DNA from: Candidatus Saccharimonadota bacterium
Lineage (GTDB): Bacteria; Patescibacteriota; Saccharimonadia; Saccharimonadales; Saccharimonadaceae
Assembly (NCBI GenBank): GCA_017514025.1
Contig: JAFWLB010000002.1
Span: forward strand, 62,346-126,345
Reading direction: 5' to 3'
DNA: 64,000 nt
Below, piece by piece: positions 17,745 through 27,024 of this stretch (position 1 is the first letter of the stretch; each line of letters begins with the position of its first letter). The notes under the pieces were generated by a model. The model ran no database searches. It saw only the letters and a list, made by a program, of their open reading frames with translations, and was not told the origin of the DNA. A program made the position numbers and the translations under genes.

Positions 17745-18776
17745 TTATTGTTGCTCCGGGGACGGGGCCTGTTCTTCGGGGGCGATAGTGATGTATTCGA
17801 TGATTTTGTTATCTTGCTTTAAGGTGTCGAAACGTTTGGCGAACTCGGTAAAGGGAACGCGAATGGAAACAAAATTGACTTGGGAATCGGTTTTGTTGAT
17901 GAGTTTGACAAAGTAATAACCATCGCCGCTCATGGAGATGAACTTACCGCTAGATTCGCCGGGTTCTAGTTTCATGGCTTCAGAGGCGCGGCCGCCGTCG
18001 ATGTTTTTGCTATCTACGAGTCCGCCAGTTTCTTGGTAGCTAATTTTATCGCCAAGCTGTTCGGCGACGGCTTTATAATCGTTGCCGTTTTCGGAGAGGA
18101 GCTTTTCGACTTGGTTAGCGATTTGGTTGGCGGTAGAGTCGATGTCGATCTCAACTTTGGATTTTAAAAGCGAGAGGTAGAGCATGCGCTCGTATTCGCT
18201 TTTACTGAGGCCAAAATTGTCGGAAACGATTTTGATAAAACTTTCTTCGCTGCGCTCAATGCCGCCGAGATTGAGGTGGCGCTGAAATTCGTTTTGGACT
18301 TCTTCGTCAGAGACGGTGATGCCCGATTCTCTGGCAAGTTTAGCGGCATAACTGTATTTTTCGGCTTCGGAAATGGCGGATTTTTTATATTCAGTGCGAA
18401 GCTGATCTAAGGACTCCTCATCGAACTGGCTGCCAGATTGACGCTCGATAGAGGTCATGCTGCTGCGATAGAGCATCAGATAATCGGAAAAGAGAACATT
18501 TTCGGAATCAACGGTGGCGACAGGCACAGGAACTATGCGGGTAATACGGAAAAGGAGCTCATCGGTCATGTTTAAGCGATAGAGAGCAAGCCAAATGCCA
18601 ATAACTACCATGGCGACGATGATAACAGTAATAAGAATGGTGTTGATGACGATGCGGTGGCGAGTCCACTGCAAAGGGTATTTGAACTTGCGACCTTTGC
18701 TAAGGACTTCGTCGCGACGCTCGTCGACCTTTTCGCGTTCGGTTTTCTTGGTGTCTTTTTTCTTGACTAAAGCCAT
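17745..18776 (-). CDS. SurA N-terminal / PrsA-like extracytoplasmic foldase
   Basis: TM, then 'VPVATVDSENV', 'GITVSDEEVQNE' and a parvulin-like C-terminal region. The track start at 18827 lies inside tRNA-Arg; real start is MALVKKK at 18776. Confidence 0.75.
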   Translation of the reverse strand: MALVKKKDTKKTEREKVDERRDEVLSKGRKFKYPLQWTRHRIVINTILITVIIVAMVVIGIWLALYRLNMTDELLFRITRIVPVPVATVDSENVLFSDYLMLYRSSMTSIERQSGSQFDEESLDQLRTEYKKSAISEAEKYSYAAKLARESGITVSDEEVQNEFQRHLNLGGIERSEESFIKIVSDNFGLSKSEYERMLYLSLLKSKVEIDIDSTANQIANQVEKLLSENGNDYKAVAEQLGDKISYQETGGLVDSKNIDGGRASEAMKLEPGESSGKFISMSGDGYYFVKLINKTDSQVNFVSIRVPFTEFAKRFDTLKQDNKIIEYITIAPEEQAPSPEQQ

Positions 18777-18800
18777 GATATAATATATTATACACGATTT

Positions 18801-18876
18801 GGCCCGGTAGCTCAATGGATAGAGCAATTCCGTCCTAAGGAAGAGGTTGCGCGTTCGACTCGCGCCCGGGCTACCA
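18801..18876 (+). tRNA. tRNA-Arg (CCT)
   Basis: GGCCCGG-TAGCTCAATGGATAGAGC-ATTCC-GTCCTAA-GGAAG-AGGTT-GCGCG-TTCGACT-CGCGC-CCGGGCT-A-CCA. Confidence 0.93.
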
Positions 18877-19030
18877 AAATGCTTTGCGCTTCCAGAGGCG
18901 TTTTTTTAGTTGGGAGTCGTACCTAAAGGTGCGACTCGCGCCCGGGCTACCAAAATGCTTTGCGCTTCCAGAGGCGTTTTTTTAGTTGGGAGTCGTACCT
19001 AAAGGTGCGACTCGCGCCCGGGCTACCAAA
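18856..19030 (+). repeat. Exact 76-bp tandem repeat (about 2.3 copies) containing the tRNA-Arg 3' end
   Basis: Unit CGACTCGCGCCCGGGCTACCA-AAATGCTTTGCGCTTCCAGAGGCGTTTTTTTAGTTGGGAGTCGTACCTAAAGGTG starts at 18856, 18932 and 19008. Confidence 0.92.
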
Positions 19031-19047
19031 CGTGGTATAATTAGGTT

Positions 19048-19902
19048 ATGGTTAGGAGAAATTTGAAGGGGTGGATTTGGGGGATTGGGGTAATGCTGGT
19101 GATTGGGGTGAGCACGTTTTTCTTTGTGCGAGACGTTAAGGTTTATGATTATATCGTAGAAACAAATGCGTTTTTTGCGCCGTTTGAATATTATGATAAT
19201 CGAGAAATCGTGGGGGTGGATGTAGAAATTATCCACCGAGTAGCAGAAAAATTGAATGCGACGATAGATATCAAAAATGTGGAATTTGATATGATTATCG
19301 ACAACGTGGCGAGCGGCGTGATTGCCGATGCAGGGGCGGCAGGAATTACTATCACGCCCGCGCGGTTGGAAAAAGTAGATTTTAGCATTCCTTATTATAC
19401 TTCGGTGCAATATGTGATTTTTGATTCAGAACGAGCGCCGGAAACGCGTGGTGAATATGTGACGTGGGACGCTTTGGCTGGCAGAACAATTGGTTCACAG
19501 ATGGGTGGAACGGGATATTTGTTTGTGAACGACGAAATAAAGGAGGGAGTGCTAAAGGATACAGGTGCAGTGATAAAAGGATTGGATTCGCACCAGATAG
19601 CAGCGGACGCGATCGATGCGCATATTATAGATTATGCAGTAGCGGACGAGCTGGCGGCGAAATTTATTGTGGAGAAAAACCCGGGTCTGACGGCATTACC
19701 CCTGTATTATGCGGATGCGGGTGGAGATTATCCGGCGGAGGAGTCCTATGCAATTGCGGTGAATAAACAGCGACCAGAGCTTTTGGCGGCATTCGACGAA
19801 GTATTAACGGAAATGTTGAAAGTGGGAGAGGATGGACAATCCGAAATGGATAAGCTAATATTAAAGTATATGGGTTTAAGTGAGGAGGCAACAAATGGAT
19901 GA
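19048..19902 (+). CDS. Polar amino-acid ABC transporter substrate-binding protein
   Basis: FAPFEY, VGVDVEI, GITITPAR.EKVDFSIPYY; N-terminal TM anchor. Confidence 0.93.
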   Translation: MVRRNLKGWIWGIGVMLVIGVSTFFFVRDVKVYDYIVETNAFFAPFEYYDNREIVGVDVEIIHRVAEKLNATIDIKNVEFDMIIDNVASGVIADAGAAGITITPARLEKVDFSIPYYTSVQYVIFDSERAPETRGEYVTWDALAGRTIGSQMGGTGYLFVNDEIKEGVLKDTGAVIKGLDSHQIAADAIDAHIIDYAVADELAAKFIVEKNPGLTALPLYYADAGGDYPAEESYAIAVNKQRPELLAAFDEVLTEMLKVGEDGQSEMDKLILKYMGLSEEATNG

Positions 19903-20593
19903 ATTCGGTAGTAAGGTGGTAGAGCTGTTTACGACGCCAGAATATATTGATTCCCTGTTGCATGGATTTTTGTTGACACTACAGATTTCGTTTTTTGCAA
20001 TACTACTGGGACTTCTGATCGGTCTGATTGTGGCGTTAGTAGATACTTCGGAACGGTCTAAATGGACGATTTTACCAAAGGCGATCTGTAAAATCTATAC
20101 GACGATTATCCGAGGGACGCCGATGGCGTTGCAGCTGTTTATTATGTTCTTTGTGATCTTTGCAATCAGAGGATTTCCGCAGATTATCATTGCAATTTTG
20201 GCATTTGGGTTTAACTCTGGTGCGTATGTGGGAGAGGTGATTCGAAGCGGGATACAATCGGTGGATAGAGGTCAACGTGAGGCAGGGTTGGCCCTAGGGC
20301 TGTCAAAATTTACAGTTTTTCGGCGAATTGTGGCGCCACAGGCGATCAAAAATATTATCCCGGCGCTAGGCAATGAAATAATTACAGTGATAAAGGAAAC
20401 AGCGATCGTAAGCATGGTGGGCATGTATGACCTGAACATGGCGGCGAAGGACATTGGTTCAGGGCAAAATATGGCAAGCTACATTGTGCCGATGTTTGTG
20501 GCAGCGCTGTTCTATTTGGTGACGATATATTTGATCACTTTTGCGATTAAACGAATTGAAAAGCATTTACAAAAAAGTGAAGCGAGGGGATAG
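19895..20593 (+). CDS. Polar amino-acid ABC transporter permease
   Basis: IRGTP.ALQ, NSGAYVGEVIRSGIQSVDRGQREAG.ALG (EAA loop); start MDEFG. Confidence 0.93.
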   Translation: MDEFGSKVVELFTTPEYIDSLLHGFLLTLQISFFAILLGLLIGLIVALVDTSERSKWTILPKAICKIYTTIIRGTPMALQLFIMFFVIFAIRGFPQIIIAILAFGFNSGAYVGEVIRSGIQSVDRGQREAGLALGLSKFTVFRRIVAPQAIKNIIPALGNEIITVIKETAIVSMVGMYDLNMAAKDIGSGQNMASYIVPMFVAALFYLVTIYLITFAIKRIEKHLQKSEARG

Positions 20594-20601
20594 GAGACGA
20601 A

Positions 20602-21330
20602 ATGGAAGAGAATATTTTGGAGATAAAGAAACTAAAAAAGGAATATGGCAGGAATAAGGTGATAAGGGGGATAGATTTTGAACTGGGTGTGGGCGAAAAA
20701 GTAGTGGTACTAGGGCCTTCGGGGTCTGGGAAATCTACGTTTCTGAGGTGTATTAACCGGATGGAAGAGCCGACAAGCGGCGAAATAAGGCTAAATGGTG
20801 AGTTAATTACGGATAAAAACATCCAAAGGATGCGGCAACAGATTGGGATGGTGTTTCAGCACTTTAATCTGATCCGGAATTTGACGGTAATGGAGAATTT
20901 GACATTGGCACCAGTAAAATTGAAACTAATGGATGCGGTGGCGGCTGAAAAGAAGGCGCGGGGATTTTTGAGACATATTGGGCTTTTGAACAAGGCAAAT
21001 TCTTTCCCTGCTGCGCTTTCGGGTGGGCAACAACAGAGAGTGGCGATTGTGCGAGCAATGATGATGAACCCGAAGGTGTTACTGTTTGATGAGCCGACCT
21101 CGGCGTTGGATCCGGAGTCAATCGGCGATGTATTGGCGCTAATTCGCGAAGTGGCAAATACGGGGGTAACGATGATGATTGTAACGCATGAAATGGGTTT
21201 TGCACGGGAAATTGCTTCGAGGATTGTATTTATAGACGAGGGGCATATTATCGAAGAAGGGGCGCCGGGAGAGTTCTTTTCTCACCCCAAGACGCCCAGA
21301 GTACAAGAATTCTTGCAAAAAGTGCTATAA
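20602..21330 (+). CDS. glnQ: Polar amino-acid ABC transporter ATP-binding protein (GlnQ-like)
   Basis: GPSGSGKST, LSGGQQQRVAI, LLFDEPTSALDPE, VTHEMGFA. Confidence 0.92.
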   Translation: MEENILEIKKLKKEYGRNKVIRGIDFELGVGEKVVVLGPSGSGKSTFLRCINRMEEPTSGEIRLNGELITDKNIQRMRQQIGMVFQHFNLIRNLTVMENLTLAPVKLKLMDAVAAEKKARGFLRHIGLLNKANSFPAALSGGQQQRVAIVRAMMMNPKVLLFDEPTSALDPESIGDVLALIREVANTGVTMMIVTHEMGFAREIASRIVFIDEGHIIEEGAPGEFFSHPKTPRVQEFLQKVL

Positions 21331-21343
21331 ACTGGGGTAGGTA

Positions 21344-21372
21344 TTGACAAAAAGCTTAAGGTGTGCTATAAT
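21344..21372 (+). promoter_or_regulatory. Perfect sigma70 promoter of the SLH-domain gene
   Basis: TTGACA (21344-21349), 17 bp, TATAAT (21367-21372); AGGAGGTG SD upstream of the ATG at 21445. Confidence 0.85.
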
Positions 21373-21444
21373 CAAGTCAGAGCCTATTGGTTAGCACTCT
21401 CTTACGTGGGGTAGGGGAGATTTACAGAGAAGGAGGTGTCTTCG

Positions 21445-22053
21445 ATGGAGAAGACGAAAAAGTGTGCGTACTGGATGGCAGTGGTGATGGCGTTTGCGCT
21501 GGTGATGGGAATTTGTGTCCTGACGCCGACGCAGGCACACGCAGCGGATCTCACGGCAGGCAAGCTGTCGCTGACGACGCAAGCGAGCACGGCAACGTCA
21601 ACGACGACTGGGAAGGCGAAAAATCCTTACCCGGACGTGACGGCCAAAACTGTGGGCAAATACGCCTACAATTCGATCAAGTTCGTGAAAGCGCACGGCG
21701 GATATAAGGGCGTGATTGCTGGCACTAGGTATGTAAGACAACCGAATGGGCTTTACAAAAAGGTGACCGGCAAATTCTACCCGAAAAAGACCGTGACTAA
21801 GCGCGAGTTCATCTATGTGTTGAGCAACCTGTACGGGAGCAAAAAGGTTTCCGTATCGGCCGACGACATGAAGAACGCGAACAAGCCCGCGACCGAAAAG
21901 TGGGCAAAGGTCAAGATGGTAGCGACTGCCAAAAAGCTGGGCTATCCCATCAAATGGGGTGGAGGCAGCAGCACGAAGCTGACCCGCGCGAGCGCGGCGA
22001 ACTATCTGTATGTTTTCGCAACATGCAACGCAAAGCTGATGCCAAAGCAGTAG
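21445..22053 (+). CDS. Secreted, highly basic S-layer homology (SLH)-like domain protein
   Basis: Sec signal ending AHA|; 'YPDV....YAYNSI.FV...G...GKFYPKKTVTKREF...L' matches the SLH pattern, with a second degenerate repeat 'KLTRASAANYL'. Confidence 0.65.
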   Translation: MEKTKKCAYWMAVVMAFALVMGICVLTPTQAHAADLTAGKLSLTTQASTATSTTTGKAKNPYPDVTAKTVGKYAYNSIKFVKAHGGYKGVIAGTRYVRQPNGLYKKVTGKFYPKKTVTKREFIYVLSNLYGSKKVSVSADDMKNANKPATEKWAKVKMVATAKKLGYPIKWGGGSSTKLTRASAANYLYVFATCNAKLMPKQ

Positions 22054-22065
22054 CACACCACCTTC

Positions 22066-22098
22066 AAAAAGGCCGGGTTTAACGCCCGGCCTTTTTCC
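22066..22098 (+). terminator. Intrinsic terminator
   Basis: AAAAGGCCGGG-tttaacg-CCCGGCCTTTTT. Confidence 0.85.
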
Positions 22099-22145
22099 TG
22101 TATTAGTCCTAACCGGTTTCTGGTGGTATTTGATATAATATAGAT

Positions 22146-23084
22146 ATGGAAGTGAACGATTTGATAAATGATTTTTTGGAGCATTTGGAAATTGAAGCGG
22201 GGCGAAGCCAGAAGACGTCGGAAAATTACCGACTATATTTGGAAAGATTTTACGAAATTGCATTGGAGATTTTAAATAAGAACGAACTGAAGCCAAACGA
22301 AATTACGAAAGAGCTGCTGAGAAAATATAGACTGAAGTTAAACCGATACGGAACGGAAAACGGTGACGAAAATTTGAAGGTGATTACGCAGGCGTATCAT
22401 TTGATAGCGCTCCGGGGGTTTTTGAAATATTTGGCGAGGCGAGATATAAAATCACTAGATCCGTCGCTGGTGGATTTACCGAAAGTGGTGCGGAAACAGG
22501 TAACTTTTTTACATTATGACGAAGTAGAGGATATGCTGAACCAGATAGATTTGTCGACGGAGTCGGGCTTAAGGGACAGGGCGATTATTGAGCTGTTGTA
22601 TTCGGGGGGGCTACGGGTATCGGAGCTAGTGGGGCTAAACCGAGATTCGATTAATTTGGAGCGGCGGGAGTTTATGGTGCGAGGGAAAGGCTCAAAGGAT
22701 CGGCCGATTTTTATCAGCAAGTCGGCGGCGGACCGAGTGCAAGATTATTTAGACGCGAGGACTGATTCCCTGCCGGCGCTTTTCTTAAATAATTCGCGGA
22801 ATTTGCAGGCGGTGGATACGAGCGGAAATTACCGGCGGATTACGACGCGATCGGTGGAACGAATTGTGGAGAAATATGCACGGCTAGCGGGAATTACGAA
22901 GCACGTATCACCACATACTTTGCGCCATTCATTTGCGACAGATTTACTGATGAACGGAGCGGATATTCGCTCAGTACAATCGATGCTGGGGCATGCGGAT
23001 ATTTCGACTACGCAGATCTATACGCATGTGACAGATGCACATCTGAAAGAAATTCACGATAAGTTTCATTCGGAGACGCAGTAG
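22146..23084 (+). CDS. XerC/XerD-family tyrosine recombinase
   Basis: SAM-like N-domain; catalytic R (GLRVSE), K (RGKG), HxxR (PHTLRHSFAT), LGH, Y (TTQIYT). Confidence 0.95.
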   Translation: MEVNDLINDFLEHLEIEAGRSQKTSENYRLYLERFYEIALEILNKNELKPNEITKELLRKYRLKLNRYGTENGDENLKVITQAYHLIALRGFLKYLARRDIKSLDPSLVDLPKVVRKQVTFLHYDEVEDMLNQIDLSTESGLRDRAIIELLYSGGLRVSELVGLNRDSINLERREFMVRGKGSKDRPIFISKSAADRVQDYLDARTDSLPALFLNNSRNLQAVDTSGNYRRITTRSVERIVEKYARLAGITKHVSPHTLRHSFATDLLMNGADIRSVQSMLGHADISTTQIYTHVTDAHLKEIHDKFHSETQ

Positions 23085-23085
23085 G

Positions 23086-24819
23086 CTAGTAGCTGGTTTG
23101 AGGGGAGCCGTTGCTGCAGGTGTTGCGGTCTACGAGGGCGCCGTTTTTATAGGCAAAGACGTTCCAATATTCGCAGGAGGATTTGGCGGTGGAACGATAG
23201 GTTTTGGTGCCGAGGTAAGGGCCGGAAACAGTGATGGTGATGTCGCCACCGATAGTACCGGGGTTAGTCCAGTTGCGAATGTAATAATAGTAATCGCGAC
23301 CGCCGAGAGTGTTGATAGTAAAGGTTTCGTTATACCAGTTACCACTACTGTAAGAAGCGCGGCCATCGTGGTCTAGCTGGGCAAGAATACGGGTAACGCC
23401 GTTAACGGTTTCACTGGGAGCGAGGGCACCGTAGTAAGCCTGGAAGCTGCTGCCATTAGATTTTTTACCGGAAATATAGGTATCGTAGTCGGTGTTGGAG
23501 GTCCAGGTGGCTTTGATAGTGATAGTTTCGTTACGTTCGCCCCAGTTGGTGTAAAGTTTAAGGGTGCGGTTAGCGCCAGAGAATGCACTGGTCGGGAAAC
23601 TGATGCCAGTTGGGAAAGTATAATCGGGAGCATAAGAGGTGCCACTACAAGTGCCGTTGTTGGCGCTAGAGTAAACGGTGCACCAGTTACGAAAGACGTA
23701 GCCGGAAGCGGTAAGAGTGACGGGGTTGATTTTGCAGGTCTCGTCTTGGTAGCAAGTTTGGGTGGTTTTGTAGCCAGTGCGGCCGTCTGGATAAGAAATG
23801 TTGTATTCGATGGTGTAGGGGATATGAGTCCATTTGGCGCGGAGATTGTAGACCTTAACGGTATTATCTTCGTCATTAGTGAGAACGGCACCACCTTCGT
23901 AAGTTTGGTGAGTGACTTTGTCTTCCCAGGCGAAGGTCCAACCAAGGCGAGGAGCAACTTCGGGAAGAACAACTTTACGAGCGGGAGGTTTGGAACCATA
24001 GTCGCCGGCGATTGGATCGCTATCAAAGACGGCTCTGACGAGGCCACCGCCGTTTAGGACATCAGGGTCGTAGAGGCGGATGACGGTGGAAATAGTGGAG
24101 GGCTGATCGGCGTCGGTGCCATACCAGCAGGTGCGAATATAGAAGTCATAGAAAGCGGATTCATTGGAAGTGATGCCGTCAGCAACATCGACAACTTTGG
24201 TAGAATTAGCATCTTTGACGGCGATGACGTAGATGCCTTCAGCTCGGAATAGGTTAGTGTTGGCATTGTCATCGATAATAGCATCTTGTTGGGTAGTATT
24301 ACTAGCAGAAGTAGAACCTTTGTAAATGAGACGGGGGTTGATGGTAGCACGCTGAAGAATTTTTTGACCGCTAGTGGTGGCGGTACTATTGATATAAACA
24401 GAATTGATATTGCTGGTAGTGAAGGTGCCGAGGGCGCGAGGGTTTAAAACAAACATGTTGCCGCTGGTGGCGAAACTAGATGTATAGAGACTGTCGCAAG
24501 AAGTTGGGGCATAGTTGAGAACCTCATTTTGCTGGTCGGAACTGAGTTTGCTGAGGTCAATGGCTCTACTGGTAATGGATTTCCAGAGATCGTAGAATTT
24601 GTTGTCTTTGGTGTCGTTTTTGCTGATGGCGTAGGCGGTTTGGACGAAGCGGAGAGCTTCGGCCTGAGTGTCTATCTCTTCGCGAGCGATGGTGGTTTCG
24701 AGGGCGGTTTGCGCACCGGAAGTGCTACCGCTCAAAACTGCGGCGACAGCAATGGCGACCATAGAAAAAATCCCGACTGCAAGAGCCACCTCAACCAATG
24801 TATCACCCTTTTTAAACAT
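23086..24819 (-). CDS. Large minor pilin / putative pilus-tip adhesin
   Basis: Class III signal KG|DTLVEV plus hydrophobic helix; InlB B-repeat-like segments (GWTFAW, GYVFRNWCT) and a C-terminal 'W.SNTDYD...LDHDG...ETF' domain. Confidence 0.75.
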   Translation of the reverse strand: MFKKGDTLVEVALAVGIFSMVAIAVAAVLSGSTSGAQTALETTIAREEIDTQAEALRFVQTAYAISKNDTKDNKFYDLWKSITSRAIDLSKLSSDQQNEVLNYAPTSCDSLYTSSFATSGNMFVLNPRALGTFTTSNINSVYINSTATTSGQKILQRATINPRLIYKGSTSASNTTQQDAIIDDNANTNLFRAEGIYVIAVKDANSTKVVDVADGITSNESAFYDFYIRTCWYGTDADQPSTISTVIRLYDPDVLNGGGLVRAVFDSDPIAGDYGSKPPARKVVLPEVAPRLGWTFAWEDKVTHQTYEGGAVLTNDEDNTVKVYNLRAKWTHIPYTIEYNISYPDGRTGYKTTQTCYQDETCKINPVTLTASGYVFRNWCTVYSSANNGTCSGTSYAPDYTFPTGISFPTSAFSGANRTLKLYTNWGERNETITIKATWTSNTDYDTYISGKKSNGSSFQAYYGALAPSETVNGVTRILAQLDHDGRASYSSGNWYNETFTINTLGGRDYYYYIRNWTNPGTIGGDITITVSGPYLGTKTYRSTAKSSCEYWNVFAYKNGALVDRNTCSNGSPQTSY

Positions 24820-24826
24820 AAGTTTA

Positions 24827-25657
24827 TTATAACATACTTTGGAAGAAATTGGCGAAAGTTAGCACGATTACGAAAGCGGTGATTAGAAAAGGGCCGAGGT
24901 GGATCTTGGGGGCTTTTTTGGGATTTTGGAAAGATTTGAGAGAAAAAAGGCAGGCAAGGAAGTTGGCAAGAAAGAGAGTGAGGAGAGCGAGCCAAGCTTG
25001 CCCGAGAGCGACGGCGAGGGCAAGGGCGAGAAGCCAGTCGCCGTCTCCGACCCATTTGCCTTTGGAAACGAGGTAGAGAGCGAGATAAGTGCCGGCGAGA
25101 ATAAGAACGGCGAGGACTGGTTGCCAAATAAGCTCGGGGGCAAAACCGGTAGTGATGATAGTGGAGGCGGTTTTGAAGGCGAGAAGAAGAAGGGCGAGGG
25201 CGAGGGCGAGGAAGAGAAAGGCAGTGGGGAGTTCGCCATAGAGACCGTCGTAGATGGCGCAGAAAATGAGGGGGAGAGTGAGGAGGAGAGTGGTGAGAAG
25301 GATGGGCCAATCGAGAGGGGAGGCGGTATCTAAATTGACAGTGGTCCCGAGGGCGAGAAAAGCAGCACCAGTGCCAAGCTCGGAAAGGAATTCAGCGAGG
25401 CCGATTTTTTGGTGGCAATAGCGGCAGTGCCCCCTAAGGGCGAGCCAAGAGATGATGGGGAGGTTGTCATACCATTTTAGAGGTTTTTTGCAATGGAGAC
25501 AGACAGAGCGGGAAGGGAGCTTGGTGCGCTTGGCCTTGGGGTGGGCTCTATTTCCCCGCTCTTTTTCGCGAAGGTGGAGGCGACGAGCTTGGCAACATAA
25601 AAAGGAGCCGAGACAGGCGCCAAGGACGAACAAGAAGATTAAAAATACAGCTTGCAT
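24827..25657 (-). CDS. pilD: Prepilin peptidase (A24)
   Basis: GSFL, RSVC..C...L.WYDNLPIISWL.LRG.CRYC, 'AIYD' and 'G.GD' catalytic aspartates, 'LGPFL'. Confidence 0.95.
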   Translation of the reverse strand: MQAVFLIFLFVLGACLGSFLCCQARRLHLREKERGNRAHPKAKRTKLPSRSVCLHCKKPLKWYDNLPIISWLALRGHCRYCHQKIGLAEFLSELGTGAAFLALGTTVNLDTASPLDWPILLTTLLLTLPLIFCAIYDGLYGELPTAFLFLALALALLLLAFKTASTIITTGFAPELIWQPVLAVLILAGTYLALYLVSKGKWVGDGDWLLALALAVALGQAWLALLTLFLANFLACLFSLKSFQNPKKAPKIHLGPFLITAFVIVLTFANFFQSML

Positions 25658-25693
25658 ATTGTTATTTTAGCATAAATAATTTATAATTAGGGT

Positions 25694-26230
25694 ATGAAAA
25701 AGGGTGATTTTAGGGGCAAGAGGGGGTTTACGTTTGTGGAGGTGGCTTTGGTACTGGCGATTGCGGGTTTGATTTTCTTGATGGTGTTTATCGCTTTGCC
25801 AGCAGTACAGCGGGTGCAAAAGGATTCAGAACGACAAGAGAATGTCTCGAATTTATTAGCGGCAATTAAAAAATATCAAACGAATAACCGGGGGGCGTTG
25901 CCAGTGGGAACGGGAACGGCAACGTATACTACGGGCTCGGTGACAAAAAATTCTTGGGCGGGCTTTTACAAGGAATATCTAGGGGCCGATTTTACGGATC
26001 CGACGGGAAATAATTATACATTGAACGTAGTAAACTGTGGAAACACTACTGGCGGCGTGTGTGAACCTACGAAAGATGTGGAGAATAAGACTTTTCCGAA
26101 TGGATACACGATTTATTTGGTAATTGGGGCAAGTTGCGATGGATCGACGGTGATAGGCACAGAAAATCCGCGCAAGGTTGCTGCGACTTATAAGCTCGAA
26201 GGGGCTGGAGCGTTTTGTAATCATACATAA
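25694..26230 (+). CDS. Type IV pilin (paralog 1)
   Basis: RG|FTFVEVALVLAIAGLIFLMVFIALP; conserved Cys residues; leaderless-type promoter. Confidence 0.92.
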   Translation: MKKGDFRGKRGFTFVEVALVLAIAGLIFLMVFIALPAVQRVQKDSERQENVSNLLAAIKKYQTNNRGALPVGTGTATYTTGSVTKNSWAGFYKEYLGADFTDPTGNNYTLNVVNCGNTTGGVCEPTKDVENKTFPNGYTIYLVIGASCDGSTVIGTENPRKVAATYKLEGAGAFCNHT

Positions 26231-26232
26231 CT

Positions 26233-26315
26233 TGAACTTTTCTTTGGACAAAGAAAAGTTCAGCAAAAGAAACCAGCTCTAAAAATAAACCGGGAATGAA
26301 TCCCGGTTTATTTTT
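26233..26315. terminator. Two consecutive hairpins between convergent pilins
   Basis: TGAACTTTTCTTT-ggac-AAAGAAAAGTTCA, then AAAAATAAACCGGGA-atga-ATCCCGGTTTATTTTT (bidirectional terminator form). Confidence 0.75.
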
Positions 26316-26352
26316 CGTCTTCGGTTGTATGACTCCGTTGGAGCCATACAAA

Positions 26353-26868
26353 TTACTGGCTGGCGGTACAGTAGGCGTGATTGCCACTTTCTACGTAACC
26401 GTAAACTGCAAATGCGCGTTTGGAGGGGTTTTCTTTGGGGAAAGCGTCGCCCGTTGATGAGTTGGCGCCGTCGCAGTCTGCCCCGATGACGACGTACACG
26501 TCAGTCTTATTTAGCTTATCGGCTGCATTTAAATTGGCAGATTCAAATTGGTCCCAGGTACATGCATACAATTTGTAGCTGTCTCCGTCTGGAGTGGTCC
26601 CATCTTTATTTATATATGCGCTGGCAGACAAGTTGCCTTTACAATTATCGCCATCGGAAAGGCGACTCAATTTGCCGCCGTTGTTGGTGGAATAGTTGGT
26701 GATTGCCGTGGAGAGCATTGAATAATCATTACGGCGCTGGGTGTCACGCTGATTTCTTTGCATCGCGGGGAGGGCGATGAAGACCATCAAGAAAATGAGG
26801 CCGGCGATGGCAAGTACCAAGACCACCTCAATGATGGTAAACCCTTTACGTTGATTGGTTGTTTTCAT
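26353..26868 (-). CDS. Type IV pilin (paralog 2, major-pilin-like)
   Basis: KG|FTIIEVVLVLAIAGLIFLMVFIALPAMQRNQRDTQRRND; AGAAAGG SD. Confidence 0.93.
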   Translation of the reverse strand: MKTTNQRKGFTIIEVVLVLAIAGLIFLMVFIALPAMQRNQRDTQRRNDYSMLSTAITNYSTNNGGKLSRLSDGDNCKGNLSASAYINKDGTTPDGDSYKLYACTWDQFESANLNAADKLNKTDVYVVIGADCDGANSSTGDAFPKENPSKRAFAVYGYVESGNHAYCTASQ

Positions 26869-26894
26869 GTTTTTACCTTTCTATTAATTTTTAT

Positions 26895-26922
26895 ATGTCG
26901 CACAAGTACGATTATGCGACAT
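26895..26922. repeat. 28-bp 11-6-11 palindromic site A (dif-like, or 5'-UTR hairpin of pilin 2)
   Basis: ATGTCGCACAA-GTACGA-TTATGCGACAT. Confidence 0.75.
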
Positions 26923-27024
26923 TAAAAAGTCATTTTATTAGAGAAAAACTGTGCAAAAACTCTTATAAAAAATTCTAAAAAGCTATTGCTTTTTTAAAAG
27001 TTTCTGATATGATGAAATAAAGAG

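Noticed and set aside
18856-19030. CRISPR array
   Set aside because: Units are fully identical with no unique spacers, derive from a tRNA end, and no cas genes are present.
21373-21444. Riboswitch in the SLH gene leader
   Set aside because: Only a weak G-U-rich stem; no recognisable aptamer motif.
22146-23084. Prophage or integron integrase marking a mobile island
   Set aside because: Length and motifs fit a chromosomal XerC/D-type enzyme; no phage genes, attC arrays or flanking att pair were seen.
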